This document shows positions 27,558-36,658 of a stretch of DNA of 64,000 nt, one piece after another. Numbering within the stretch: the stretch's first letter is position 1; every line of letters starts with the position of its first letter. The position numbers were made by a program, and so were the translations under genes. Under the pieces are notes generated by a model. That model worked only from the letters and a program-made list of their open reading frames with translations, was not told where the DNA came from and did no database searches. This DNA is from an uncultured Fibrobacteraceae bacterium (GTDB lineage Bacteria > Krumholzibacteriota > Krumholzibacteriia > LZORAL124-64-63), in NCBI GenBank assembly GCA_964637835.1, contig CAZWYF010000007.1:7486-71485 (forward strand), read 5' to 3'.

Positions 27558-27572
27558 CGATCGGAGCGCGCC

Positions 27573-27905
27573 GTGGCCGGCGACGGGGTGTCCCTGCAGA
27601 CCAACATCGCCCAGCTCGGCACCGTGGCCAAGACCCAGGCCCGAGGTCAGCAGGGTCACGCCGTGGCGCCAGGGCAGAAGCCCGGCCAGGCCGACGACGT
27701 CCAGCCGCTCCAGAAGGTGAAGGAAGGCGAGAAGGCGGACCCCGAGGGCCTCGAGCCGGAGCAGCGGCGCGAACGTGATCGCCGGCGGGGTGATCGGGAT
27801 CCCCAGGAAGCCGCCGCCGACACCGGGACGGACGGCGAGGACGCCGAGGACGAGGACGACGACGAGGCGCCGTGGCTCGGCGGACACATCGACATCAAGG
27901 CCTGA
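27573..27905 (+). CDS. Hypothetical acidic, low-complexity protein (110 aa)
   Basis: Strong GC3 codon bias supports coding. DEDDDEAPWLGGHIDIKA C-terminus. No recognisable family. Confidence 0.4.
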   Translation: MAGDGVSLQTNIAQLGTVAKTQARGQQGHAVAPGQKPGQADDVQPLQKVKEGEKADPEGLEPEQRRERDRRRGDRDPQEAAADTGTDGEDAEDEDDDEAPWLGGHIDIKA

Positions 27906-27925
27906 CCGACCAGGAGGATCTGCCC

Positions 27926-28378
27926 GTGGAACTGACCAGCCTGCTCGCCGCCGCCCGCGCCCAGGGCCCCGTCTTCTGGGCCGCGACCGGCGCCATCGCT
28001 CTCGGCCTGACGCTCCTGCTGGTGGCCGTCCTGCACCGCTTGCCCCGGCCCCGGCGCCGTCGGCGGACCAGGACGGAGACCGGGCCGCCGGCTTCGAGCC
28101 CGGCGGCGAGCGCCCCCGAAGTCGCGGCCGCGGCGCAGGCCCGCACGGCCTATCAGGACGCTCCGGCCGCGCCCCGGGGCGTCCTCGCCAGCCCGGGACT
28201 GGATCACGACCCGGCCGAGCGCTCCCTGGCCCTGCTCCTGCGCCGTCTGCAGAGCGCCGGCGACCGCCTGGAGGAACTGGCCGGCAGCGTTCCGGCCGCG
28301 GATCTCGCCGCCCCGCAATCGGGACTCAAGGACGCTGCCCCGGACGTCGAATATGTCTTCAGGGCGTGCGGTCCGTAA
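27926..28378 (+). CDS. Hypothetical membrane-anchored protein (150 aa)
   Basis: GTG start 8 nt after a perfect AGGAGG. TM segment VFWAATGAIALGLTLLLVAVL followed by a poly-Arg stretch. Codon usage coding-like. Confidence 0.45.
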   Translation: MELTSLLAAARAQGPVFWAATGAIALGLTLLLVAVLHRLPRPRRRRRTRTETGPPASSPAASAPEVAAAAQARTAYQDAPAAPRGVLASPGLDHDPAERSLALLLRRLQSAGDRLEELAGSVPAADLAAPQSGLKDAAPDVEYVFRACGP

Positions 28379-28417
28379 GGGACCGCTCGTCACGGACCCC
28401 ATCGCGGTGGAGCGGGA

Positions 28418-29299
28418 ATGCTGGACACCGAGGCCACGTCGCGGCCCGAGACCGACGACCCTCAGCTCAAGCAGCTCATCATGGCCATCCGGGACCTGCC
28501 GGCGATGCCTCACGTCGCCAGCAAGGTCCTCGAGCTGTCGTCCGATCCGGACACCTCCGCCGCGCTCCTGCAGCAGGTCATCGCCGACGACCAGGCCATG
28601 ACCGCCCGCATCCTGAAGATCGCCAACTCCGCCATGTACGCCTGCAGCCGGCGCATCAAGACGCTCTCCGAGGCCATCGTGATGCTCGGCTTCAACAGCA
28701 TCCGCTCGCTGGTGGTCACGAGCGCCGCCCGCAACCTCTATGGCGGGAACAACGCGCGCATGGGACTCAAGGAGCGGCTGCTCTGGGAGCACAGCATCGG
28801 CTGCGCCTTCGCCTGCCGCGTGCTGGCCACCGGACGCCATCCCGCCCTGGCGGAGGAAGCCTTCCTGGCCGGCCTGATGCACGACATCGGCAAGCTGGTG
28901 CTCAACCTCCAGCTACCGGACCAGTTCGAGGAGATCGTCCAGATCGTCTACAACGAGAACCGGGAGTTCCATCACACCGAACAGGAGCTCCTGGGCTTCG
29001 ACCATGCCCGGGTGGGCGCCCTCCTGGTGAGCAAGTGGAAGCTCTCGCCGCTGCTCGAGGAGGTCATCGGCCTGCACCACGACGAGGACAGCCTCGCACC
29101 CGACCGGCCGCTGCTCCTGTACCTCGACCTGGCCAACCGCCTCTGTCAGAAGTACGGCATCGGCTTCCAGGAGTTGCCGGACCTGGACCTCGCGAACTGC
29201 CGGAGCGCCCGCATCCTCGGACTCGACGCCGCCGCCATCGACGACGCGGCGCAACGCCTGCAACAGACCCTGGAGACCGAGATGGAGGTCTTCGTCTAG
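28418..29299 (+). CDS. HDOD-domain signalling protein
   Basis: PAMPHVASKVLEL...ARILKIANSAMY...LMHDIGKLVL...GFDHARVGALL are HDOD (HD-related output domain) motifs. Confidence 0.8.
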   Translation: MLDTEATSRPETDDPQLKQLIMAIRDLPAMPHVASKVLELSSDPDTSAALLQQVIADDQAMTARILKIANSAMYACSRRIKTLSEAIVMLGFNSIRSLVVTSAARNLYGGNNARMGLKERLLWEHSIGCAFACRVLATGRHPALAEEAFLAGLMHDIGKLVLNLQLPDQFEEIVQIVYNENREFHHTEQELLGFDHARVGALLVSKWKLSPLLEEVIGLHHDEDSLAPDRPLLLYLDLANRLCQKYGIGFQELPDLDLANCRSARILGLDAAAIDDAAQRLQQTLETEMEVFV

Positions 29300-29309
29300 G
29301 AGGACCGCG

Positions 29310-30179
29310 ATGAGCACCCAGGATCGCCACCCATCGCTCGCGGAGCTGCGCGATTCGATCCAGGAATTGCCCACCATCCCGGAGACGCTCAGCCGGATCC
29401 TCAGCCTGCTCGAGGACCCCAACAGCGGCGCGCGCGATCTGGCCGAGGTGATCCGCGGCGACGCGCCCCTGGCGGCCAAGATCCTCCGGCTCGCCAACTC
29501 GCCGCTGTATCGCAAGCAGCGGGCCATCGGTACGATCCAGGAGTGCGTGTCCGTGCTCGGCTACCGCACCGTCCGGCAGGTGGCCCTCTGCGTCTCGGTC
29601 ATCTCCACCCTCGGCCAGGAGTGCGAGGCCCGCGGCGCCCGCATCGACTATCGCGATCTCTGGCGCCACGGCGTGGCCGTCGGCGCGGTGGCGCAGGCGC
29701 TCGCCCGGCAGGCCGGCACCTGCGACGCGGAGCTGGCCTTCACCTCCGGCCTGCTGCACGACCTCGGCAAGCTCGTCCTCGGCCTCGAGTTCCCCACCAC
29801 CTATGGCGAGCTGGTCGCCCAGCGCTGCCGCGAGGGCCGGCATCTGGTGGAGGTGGAGCGACGGGAACTGGGCTTCGATCACGCCCGGGCCGGCGAGGAA
29901 CTGGCCTCGGCCTGGAGCTTCCCCGTGGAGCTGGTCGAGCCCATCGGCGCTCACCACGAGGCCGAGCCGCCCAGCACCCTGGTCGCGGTGGTGGCCCTGG
30001 CCGACTACCTGGGCAACCTGCTGGACCCCTCGCAGGGCGACCTGGGCTTCGACGCGATGCTCGTGGACACGGCTCCGCTCTACCGGGCGGCCGGCCTGCA
30101 GCGCGAGGACGTGGAGGCCCGGCTCGATCAGCTGCGGGAGGCCATCCGCGAGGCGAGCCCGCTGCGGAATCTCGACTGA
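29310..30179 (+). CDS. HDOD-domain signalling protein (paralogue of the preceding gene)
   Basis: PTIPETLSRILSLL...AKILRLANSPLY...LLHDLGKLVL...GFDHARAGEELA. Same architecture as the upstream paralogue. Confidence 0.8.
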   Translation: MSTQDRHPSLAELRDSIQELPTIPETLSRILSLLEDPNSGARDLAEVIRGDAPLAAKILRLANSPLYRKQRAIGTIQECVSVLGYRTVRQVALCVSVISTLGQECEARGARIDYRDLWRHGVAVGAVAQALARQAGTCDAELAFTSGLLHDLGKLVLGLEFPTTYGELVAQRCREGRHLVEVERRELGFDHARAGEELASAWSFPVELVEPIGAHHEAEPPSTLVAVVALADYLGNLLDPSQGDLGFDAMLVDTAPLYRAAGLQREDVEARLDQLREAIREASPLRNLD

Positions 30180-30267
30180 ATGACCGCAGAAAACCCCTGG
30201 CCCCGTCCAGCAACCTTGCTATGATCCCCTGCGGGCGGCCCGTCGGAACGCCCGATCGAGGAGATCC

Positions 30268-31785
30268 ATGCCTGCACGCGACCTGATCCTGCTCAGCCGC
30301 CAGGCGTCGCTCTACGCGGCGGTGGCGGCCTGGAAGCTCGCCGACACCGAGATCTACGCCTTCGAGGACGCCGCAGCCGCGGTCTCCCGCGCCGCCACGG
30401 GTGCGGCGGCGGTGGTGGTCTTCGACACGCGCGGATTCCCCGCCGTGCGCGCCACCCTCAATCGCCTGCTGGCCGTGGGCGGCGACACGGACGTGGTGGT
30501 GCTCGGCCCCGGCGAGGAGCTGGGCGGCGACGCCCTGCATCCCGAGAGCGGCACCCTCCGTTTCCTGCCGCCGGACACGCCGACCGCCGAGTTGCAGTCG
30601 GTGGTGGAGCTCCTGCTGCGGATGCGCCGGGTCCGCCGCGAGGGCGGCATCGTGGGCCGGTCGCGGGCCGTGGGGCAGATGATCGCCCTGATCGCCCAGG
30701 CCGCGCCCATCGACGTCAACGTCCTGATCACCGGCGAGAGCGGCACGGGCAAGGAGCTGGTGGCCCGGGGCATCCATCGCATCTCCCGGCGACGGGACGG
30801 TCCATTCCTGGGCCTCAACTGCGGCGCCCTCAGCGAGGGGGTGCTCGAGAGCGAGCTCTTCGGCCATGTCCGCGGCGCCTTCACCGGCGCGGTCGCGGCC
30901 CATGACGGGGTCTTCAAGCGCGCCGACGGTGGCACCCTCTTCCTCGACGAGGTGGGCGAGATGCCGCTGGGCATGCAGACCCGCTTCTTGCGCGCCCTGG
31001 AGACCGGCGAGTTCACGCCCGTCGGCGGCAAGGGGATCCTCCGCAGCGACACCCGGCTGGTGGCCGCCACCAACCGCGACCTCGTCCGGGAGGTGGAGGC
31101 GGGCCGCTTCCGCCAGGATCTCTACTACCGCCTGCGGGTGATCGTCATCGAGACGCCGCCGCTGCGCGAGCGCCAGGAGGACATCCCCATCCTGGCCGAT
31201 CACTTCCTGGAGCAGGAGAACCGTGAACACGGGCTGGCGGTCCGTGGTTTCAGCCGCCACGCCAAGCAGCAGCTGCGCGCCTATGCGTGGCCCGGCAACA
31301 TCCGGGAGCTGCGCAACGTGATCCGCGCGGCGGTGGTCATGAAGCAACGCGGCCTGATCGAGGTGGACGATCTCCAGCTCGACCGCGGCGGTCGCGGCGA
31401 GGCGAGCTCGGCGTTCCTGCCCATGATCGTCGACCAGGGAGCGGCCCACGAGCGGCTGGACCCCGGCGTGCTGGCGTCCACGCTGCTGGAGCTGCGTCAG
31501 GACATCAAGGAGATCAAGGCTCGCCTGGAGGCCCTCACCGGCGCGCCCGGGGCCGGCGGCGGGCTGGGGGGGGCGATCCCGGCCGAGGGGCGGGTGGTGG
31601 AGACCCTCCTGCACGAGCAGGGCCTGGAGCCTCCCGAGGGCGGCGGCGACCTGCAGAGCGCCGAGAAGGCCCTCATCGCCGCGGCGCTGGAGGCCACCGG
31701 CGGCAACCGCCGCCGGGCGGCCCAGCGGCTGGGCATCAGCGAGCGGACCCTGTACCGCAAGCTCAAGCATTACGAACTCGGATGA
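30268..31785 (+). CDS. Sigma-54-dependent transcriptional activator with degenerate (FleQ-like) receiver domain, AAA+ domain, ~100-aa linker and Fis-type HTH
   Basis: [26 protein letters not shown]-terminal [18 protein letters not shown]. The N-terminal domain lacks the acidic DD pocket (DLILLSRQ). Confidence 0.8.
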   Translation: MPARDLILLSRQASLYAAVAAWKLADTEIYAFEDAAAAVSRAATGAAAVVVFDTRGFPAVRATLNRLLAVGGDTDVVVLGPGEELGGDALHPESGTLRFLPPDTPTAELQSVVELLLRMRRVRREGGIVGRSRAVGQMIALIAQAAPIDVNVLITGESGTGKELVARGIHRISRRRDGPFLGLNCGALSEGVLESELFGHVRGAFTGAVAAHDGVFKRADGGTLFLDEVGEMPLGMQTRFLRALETGEFTPVGGKGILRSDTRLVAATNRDLVREVEAGRFRQDLYYRLRVIVIETPPLRERQEDIPILADHFLEQENREHGLAVRGFSRHAKQQLRAYAWPGNIRELRNVIRAAVVMKQRGLIEVDDLQLDRGGRGEASSAFLPMIVDQGAAHERLDPGVLASTLLELRQDIKEIKARLEALTGAPGAGGGLGGAIPAEGRVVETLLHEQGLEPPEGGGDLQSAEKALIAAALEATGGNRRRAAQRLGISERTLYRKLKHYELG

Positions 31786-31808
31786 GGGCCGCCGGCGAGT
31801 GGCAGGAC

Positions 31809-31837
31809 TTGGCGCGGGCGCGGCCGTGGTGTATACT
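31809..31837 (+). promoter_or_regulatory. Sigma-70-like promoter TTGGCG-N17-TATACT upstream of the outer-membrane protein gene
   Basis: Read directly. A near-consensus -10 in a ~70% GC background. Confidence 0.35.
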
Positions 31838-31893
31838 CAGGAAGCAGAACTGGCTTGTCACACGACACCTTACCCCTGGTTAGCGAGGCAGAC

Positions 31894-32958
31894 ATGCAGG
31901 AGAACCGGTTCTGGCGGGTTCGCCGGGGCGCGAGTCTGTGCGCCCTGGTGTTGCTGTGCATGGGCGCGGACACCGCCCCGGCGGCCAAGTTCGCCGGCGC
32001 CTTCATGGAGAACGGCGGTGGCGCGCGGGCCCTGGGCATGGGCGGAGCGTTCACCGCCGTGGCCGATGACCCGTCCGCCACGTTCTGGAATCCGGCCGGC
32101 CTGGCCCGGACGCGCTCCCGGGAGCTGCTGGTCATGCACTCCGAGCGCTTCGGCGACCTGGTCGATCGCGACTTCGCCTCCTTCGTCACGCCCACGGACT
32201 GGTCGCTGCTCGGCGGCGAGGGTGGTGGTTTCGGCATCTCGCTGATCCGCCTGGGCGTCGACGACATCCCGTTCACCGAACACCTGGTGGACCAGCTCGA
32301 CATCGACGGCGACGGCCAGGTCGACGACGACGAGGTGGTCGGCATCCTCGAACCCGAGTTCCAGGACCAGATCCGCTTCAAGAGCGATCAGGAGTTCGCG
32401 CTCATGTTCTCTTACGGGGAGCGGCGGGGCCGCTGGCTGCTGGGCGGAAACCTGAAATTCATCCGGCAGAGCGTGGGCGACTACTCCAGCCTCGGCATCG
32501 GGGCCGATATCGGCGCCATCCGCCCGGCGATCTGGCGCAACCTGGACTTCGGGCTCAAGCTCCAGGACGTCACCACGACCTACCTCAGCTGGAGCACCGG
32601 CCACAACGAGGTGGTCTATCCGGCGGTGGTCCCGGGGTTCGCCTATCGCTGGCACCTGCCGGCCGCCCGCATGCAGCTCCTTCTGGCCTCGAGCTTCGAG
32701 ACCCGTTTCGAGAATCGCGGCGAGGCCGATCAGTGGTCCACCGGCGCCATCTCGGTCAACAGCCACTGGGGCCTGGAGGTGGGCTTCAGCCAGAAGGTCT
32801 TCGTCCGCGCGGGCCTCGACAGCGGCTTCGATACCGAGGACATCACCGCCGGCGCCGGTTTGTACCTCCACCCCCTGACCGTCGACTACGCCTATGCCGG
32901 CGACACCCTCGACATCGACGAGGTGACCCACCGCATCTCCCTCTCCGTGAGGTTCTAG
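31894..32958 (+). CDS. Outer-membrane beta-barrel protein (FadL/PorV-like family)
   Basis: Signal peptide. GMGGAFTAVADDPSATFWNPAGLA N-terminal motif. Alternating beta-strand pattern. C-terminal aromatic residue (VRF). Confidence 0.5.
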   Translation: MQENRFWRVRRGASLCALVLLCMGADTAPAAKFAGAFMENGGGARALGMGGAFTAVADDPSATFWNPAGLARTRSRELLVMHSERFGDLVDRDFASFVTPTDWSLLGGEGGGFGISLIRLGVDDIPFTEHLVDQLDIDGDGQVDDDEVVGILEPEFQDQIRFKSDQEFALMFSYGERRGRWLLGGNLKFIRQSVGDYSSLGIGADIGAIRPAIWRNLDFGLKLQDVTTTYLSWSTGHNEVVYPAVVPGFAYRWHLPAARMQLLLASSFETRFENRGEADQWSTGAISVNSHWGLEVGFSQKVFVRAGLDSGFDTEDITAGAGLYLHPLTVDYAYAGDTLDIDEVTHRISLSVRF

Positions 32959-32977
32959 CCGGCGATCCGGGGGGCTG

Positions 32978-33082
32978 GCGGCGGCCACCACCCTCTCATC
33001 CCGCATGTCCTCGCGAACGGGGAGCCTGGACGGCTCCCCGTTCTGCTGTGGAGTTGCGGGATGAGAGGGTGGTGGCCGCCGC
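32978..33082. terminator. Nested palindrome: 28-bp outer stem (gcggcggccaccaccctctcatcccgca / tgcgggatgagagggtggtggccgccgc) enclosing a 12-bp inner hairpin (gaacggggagcc-tggac-ggctccccgttc). Likely bidirectional terminator between convergent genes
   Basis: Perfect inverted repeats read directly. Located between the + strand OMP stop and the - strand mltD-like stop. Confidence 0.5.
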
Positions 33083-33101
33083 GGTCGCCGCGGTCTCCGG
33101 G

Positions 33102-34775
33102 CTAGGAGTTGGTGGGGGGCCGGTAGGCGGCGAGGCGCTGGCCGACCTGGAGGCGGCGCGGGTTGGTGATGCTGTTGACGCGCTCGAGGTGGGTGACGGA
33201 GACGCCGAGGCGGCGGGCGATGGCGCCGAGGGTGTCGCCCGGGCGCACGCGGTAGGTGATGCGCTCGTAGCCCTGGGGGGGGACGTAGCGTCCGGCGCGT
33301 TCGGCGCGGGCGCGGGCCTGCTCGGAGAGTTCCCGGGGCATGGGGACCAGGAGCTGGTCACCGGGATGGATGAGGCTGGAGCGGCCCAGGTTGTTGGCCT
33401 CCTGGATGGCGTGCACCGAGGTTCCCCAGGCCGTCGCGATGTGGCTGAGGGTCTCGCCCCGCTGCACCTGGTGCTTGCGCCAGGTCAACCGCCGGTCCGC
33501 CGGCACCTTGCGCAGCGCCACCTCGGCGGTCCCGGCCGTGCCGGCCGGCACGCGGACCGCGAAGTCGCGGGCGCCCGGCGGGGTGGCGCGGCGGAGCAGC
33601 GCGGGGTTCAGGTCGATGACGGTGGCGGGATCCACGCCGGCGCACGCGGCCACCAGGGAGAGGTCGGTGGCCTCGGCCACGGTGATCACGTCCCAGCCCA
33701 CGGGGGCCGGATCCGGCGTGGTGAAGCCATGGGCCTCCGGGTCGGCGCCGATCCGTGCGGCGGCGATGAACTTGGGGACGTACTCGACGGTCTGCCGGGG
33801 CAGTCGGTAGTCCCAGTAGTTGTCGTGCCCGTTGGCGCGCAGCTGCCGCCGGACGCGCCCCTCGCCGGCATTGTAGGCGGCGAGGACCAGCGCCCAGTCG
33901 CCGAACTCCGCGTACAGGTCGCCGAGATAGCCGGCGGCCGCGTCGGTGGCCTTCTCGAGGTCGCGCCGGTCGTCCCGCCACCAGTCGATGGTCAGGCCGT
34001 AGGCCCGTCCCGTCGCGGGCATGAACTGCCAGGGTCCCACCGCCCCGGCGCTCGAGCGCGCGCGCGTGCTCAGCCCGCTCTCGATCATGGCCAGGTAGAC
34101 CAGATCCGCTGGCAGGCCGTGCGCCGCCAGGCGCGTGGTGATCAGGGAATCGAGCTGTGCCTTGCGGTCCAGCCAGATCTGGAAGTAGCGGCGCCCGCGC
34201 CCGGTGAAGTAGTCCACCCACCGATCAACCTTGCCGTGCTGCACCTTGAGCAGATCCGCCTGCAGCGTGGGCAGGTGGGTCCCCGTGGCCGGGACCAGGG
34301 AGTCCGGGAAGCCCACCCCCTGCAGGCCGAGATACTCCGCTGTCAGGAGCGAGTCGGCCCGCGCGGGCGCGGCCGCGTAGGCGGATTGCTCGGCCAGCAG
34401 ACCCCCCAGGAGGGTGGTGCGGCGCAACAGGCTGCGACGATGCTGGAGGTAGAGGGTGTCGGCGTCGGCCGGCGCGGGTGCGCCGGCCCATTCCTGCATC
34501 ACGAACAGCCGGTCACGCGCATGGTCGAGCCGCCCCTCGGCCGCGGCGGCGAGCGCTTCGCGGTAGAGGATCTCCCACTGGTCGGGCGCCACGTCGCCAG
34601 CCGGGGGCTCCGGCCAGCGGGGCCCGAGATCGGGAACGGTGTCGGTGACCGCAAGGTCCAGCAACGTGACCGTGTCCGCGGGAGCGATGGCGGCGGGGTC
34701 GTCCTCGGGTGCAGGAACCCCACTGCAAGCAATGAGTTGAAGGATCAGGGCCAGCAGGGCGGCCAGGCCCGCCAT
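33102..34775 (-). CDS. mltD: Membrane-bound lytic murein transglycosylase D-like protein (SLT domain plus C-terminal LysM repeats), lipoprotein
   Basis: Lipobox LIACSG. SLT motifs LAMIESGLSTRARSSAGAVGPWQFMPATG...AYNAGEGRV. LysM segments (YRVRPGDTLGAIARRLGVSVTHLERVNSI; HQVQRGETLSHIATAWGTSVHAIQEANNL). Confidence 0.8.
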   Translation of the reverse strand: MAGLAALLALILQLIACSGVPAPEDDPAAIAPADTVTLLDLAVTDTVPDLGPRWPEPPAGDVAPDQWEILYREALAAAAEGRLDHARDRLFVMQEWAGAPAPADADTLYLQHRRSLLRRTTLLGGLLAEQSAYAAAPARADSLLTAEYLGLQGVGFPDSLVPATGTHLPTLQADLLKVQHGKVDRWVDYFTGRGRRYFQIWLDRKAQLDSLITTRLAAHGLPADLVYLAMIESGLSTRARSSAGAVGPWQFMPATGRAYGLTIDWWRDDRRDLEKATDAAAGYLGDLYAEFGDWALVLAAYNAGEGRVRRQLRANGHDNYWDYRLPRQTVEYVPKFIAAARIGADPEAHGFTTPDPAPVGWDVITVAEATDLSLVAACAGVDPATVIDLNPALLRRATPPGARDFAVRVPAGTAGTAEVALRKVPADRRLTWRKHQVQRGETLSHIATAWGTSVHAIQEANNLGRSSLIHPGDQLLVPMPRELSEQARARAERAGRYVPPQGYERITYRVRPGDTLGAIARRLGVSVTHLERVNSITNPRRLQVGQRLAAYRPPTNS

Positions 34776-35064
34776 GGCCGGCAGGCGGCGGGGATCGCAG
34801 CGGAGGGGCGTGAGCAAGGTGAGTCCTCCTTGACAGTCGAGCGCACGGTGGGAGAGTGTTCCCCTCCCGGCATCGTAGCAAGCACAGGGCCAGGATCGCA
34901 ACGCATCGCTCGGTCGGCCGCGGTGGTCGCGACGGTGGTCACGAAGATCGCGGATCGGCGTGCCCATGGCCGCGAATGGCTTCGGACGGCCGTCATCCGG
35001 CGATCTGTTCCGCGTCGGCCCCCCGCGGAGGCGGGACTGGCGAACGCGAGATGGAAAAGTCTGG

Positions 35065-35093
35065 TTGGCTTCGGCCTGATGATATGTGATAAT
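35065..35093 (+). promoter_or_regulatory. Strong sigma-70 promoter TTGGCT-N17-(TGt)GATAAT in an AT-rich island, driving the GGDEF gene; divergent from mltD
   Basis: Extended -10-like TGTGATAAT and a good -35. The only AT-rich stretch in the region. Confidence 0.45.
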
Positions 35094-35137
35094 TGGTCAG
35101 ATTCCTTCAACTAGAGGCGGGCCGACAGAGCGTGTTC

Positions 35138-36658
35138 ATGAACGACGAGGGCAGGATCCGGGAGCTGCTGGCACGGCTCCCGCGCGAACGGTTGTCCCCC
35201 GAGGCGCGGGCTCTGGTCGAGAGCGCCGCTCCGGGGCGGCCGGCGGCCCAGCGCATGGCCCTGAGGGCGGCGGTGGGCGATCTGCTGCGTGGGGGGCACC
35301 TGGTGCGCCTGGCCGCCGATGGCGCCTCCGGCGTCCGGGGGCCGCTGTTCCTGCTCCGTGGGTCCAGCCAGGTGCTCGACCTCTCCGCCCTCGGTGGCGA
35401 GGATGTCGACCTCGGCGGCAATGGGAAGGGCGAGGGAGCCCGGGATGATGGCCCGCGGGCGGCGGAGGCCCCCGACGACGCGGATGGCCGGCACCGGACG
35501 GGGGCTCCGGATCCGCCGACGGCGCGCGATGCCCGCGGCGGCGACCTGGATGCGGCCGTCCGCTGCGAGGCGGCCGACGGCGGCGGAACGGTGGCGGCGC
35601 CACCGTCGACGGACGGGGTCGGCGGCGTGCTCGAGGCCATGGAGCGGGCGCAGGACCTCGCGGTGGGCGACCCCCGGACCGAGGAACCGGGCGTGATGGT
35701 CAGCCGCATCCTCGCGCTGCTGGGCGGCTACGTGCCGTCCGTCCATCTCCGTGCCCAGTTGCTCGGCGACCCGCAGGACATGGCTGCCGACGCCGAATCC
35801 GACGTGCTGCCCGCCATCCCGCCGGACCAGGCGCCGTTCTGGTTGCGGTGCCGCGCCCCGGGGCAGGCCGTCTGGATTCCCGACCCGGCGGAGCTGCCGG
35901 TCCCCTTGCAGCGGCAACTCGGGGGCCTGCCGGCCCCCGTCACGGCGGTGGTCCCGCTCTGGTCGCCTGCCGGGGACGGTGGCGAGCTGGGGCTGCTCTA
36001 CGTCTCGGCGACGCATGAGGAACGGGACGGGCTGATGCGGCTGGCGCAGCGGCTATCGGCCTTCGTCACCCGGCGCTGGCGCTGCCAGCACGATGTCAAC
36101 CGGCGGGTCCTCACCGACAGCCTCACCGGGATCCGTAACCGGGCGTTCTTCGACACGCAGTTCCCGCTCGAACTGGAGCGGGCCCGGCGCGGAGATTTCC
36201 CGCTGACGCTGGTGATCGGCGATCTCGACCACTTCAAGGCCATCAACGACACCTACCACCACCAGTGCGGCGACCGGGTGCTCCAGGGCGTGGCGCGCCT
36301 GTTGCAGGAAGCGTTGCGCCGCATCGACTACGTCTGCCGCATCGGCGGCGAGGAATTCGCGCTCATCCTGCCCTACACCTCGCAGGAGGAGGCCGCGGAG
36401 GTCCTCGGACGCCTCGTGGGCCAACCCATGCGCGTCCCGCTCGCCGCCGAGTGGGGCACGGGCGCCGTCTCGGTGACCATGTCCTACGGCGCGGTCACCT
36501 TCCCCGATGCCGGCAGCAGTGCGGGGGAACTCCACCGCAAGGCCGATAGCATGCTTTACCGGGCGAAGGAACTGGGACGGAACCGATGCTGCATCTGGGT
36601 GGGGCCCGGCCGTCACCAGGAACTGCTGCCCTCGCGGTCGCGCGCAGCCGATCACTGA
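35138..36658 (+). CDS. Diguanylate cyclase (N-terminal GAF-like/unknown sensory region plus GGDEF domain with intact GGEEF and RxxD I-site)
   Basis: LTGIRNRAFFD...GDLDHFKAINDTYHHQCGD...RRIDYVCRIGGEEF...YRAKELGRNRC. Confidence 0.8.
   Translation: MNDEGRIRELLARLPRERLSPEARALVESAAPGRPAAQRMALRAAVGDLLRGGHLVRLAADGASGVRGPLFLLRGSSQVLDLSALGGEDVDLGGNGKGEGARDDGPRAAEAPDDADGRHRTGAPDPPTARDARGGDLDAAVRCEAADGGGTVAAPPSTDGVGGVLEAMERAQDLAVGDPRTEEPGVMVSRILALLGGYVPSVHLRAQLLGDPQDMAADAESDVLPAIPPDQAPFWLRCRAPGQAVWIPDPAELPVPLQRQLGGLPAPVTAVVPLWSPAGDGGELGLLYVSATHEERDGLMRLAQRLSAFVTRRWRCQHDVNRRVLTDSLTGIRNRAFFDTQFPLELERARRGDFPLTLVIGDLDHFKAINDTYHHQCGDRVLQGVARLLQEALRRIDYVCRIGGEEFALILPYTSQEEAAEVLGRLVGQPMRVPLAAEWGTGAVSVTMSYGAVTFPDAGSSAGELHRKADSMLYRAKELGRNRCCIWVGPGRHQELLPSRSRAADH

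Noticed and set aside
27573-27905. Calling the 110-aa acidic protein downstream of fliA FlgM
   Set aside because: - Position and disorder fit an anti-sigma-28.
- But the conserved FlgM C-terminal helix motif is not recognisable.
- It is kept as hypothetical and flagged as a candidate only.
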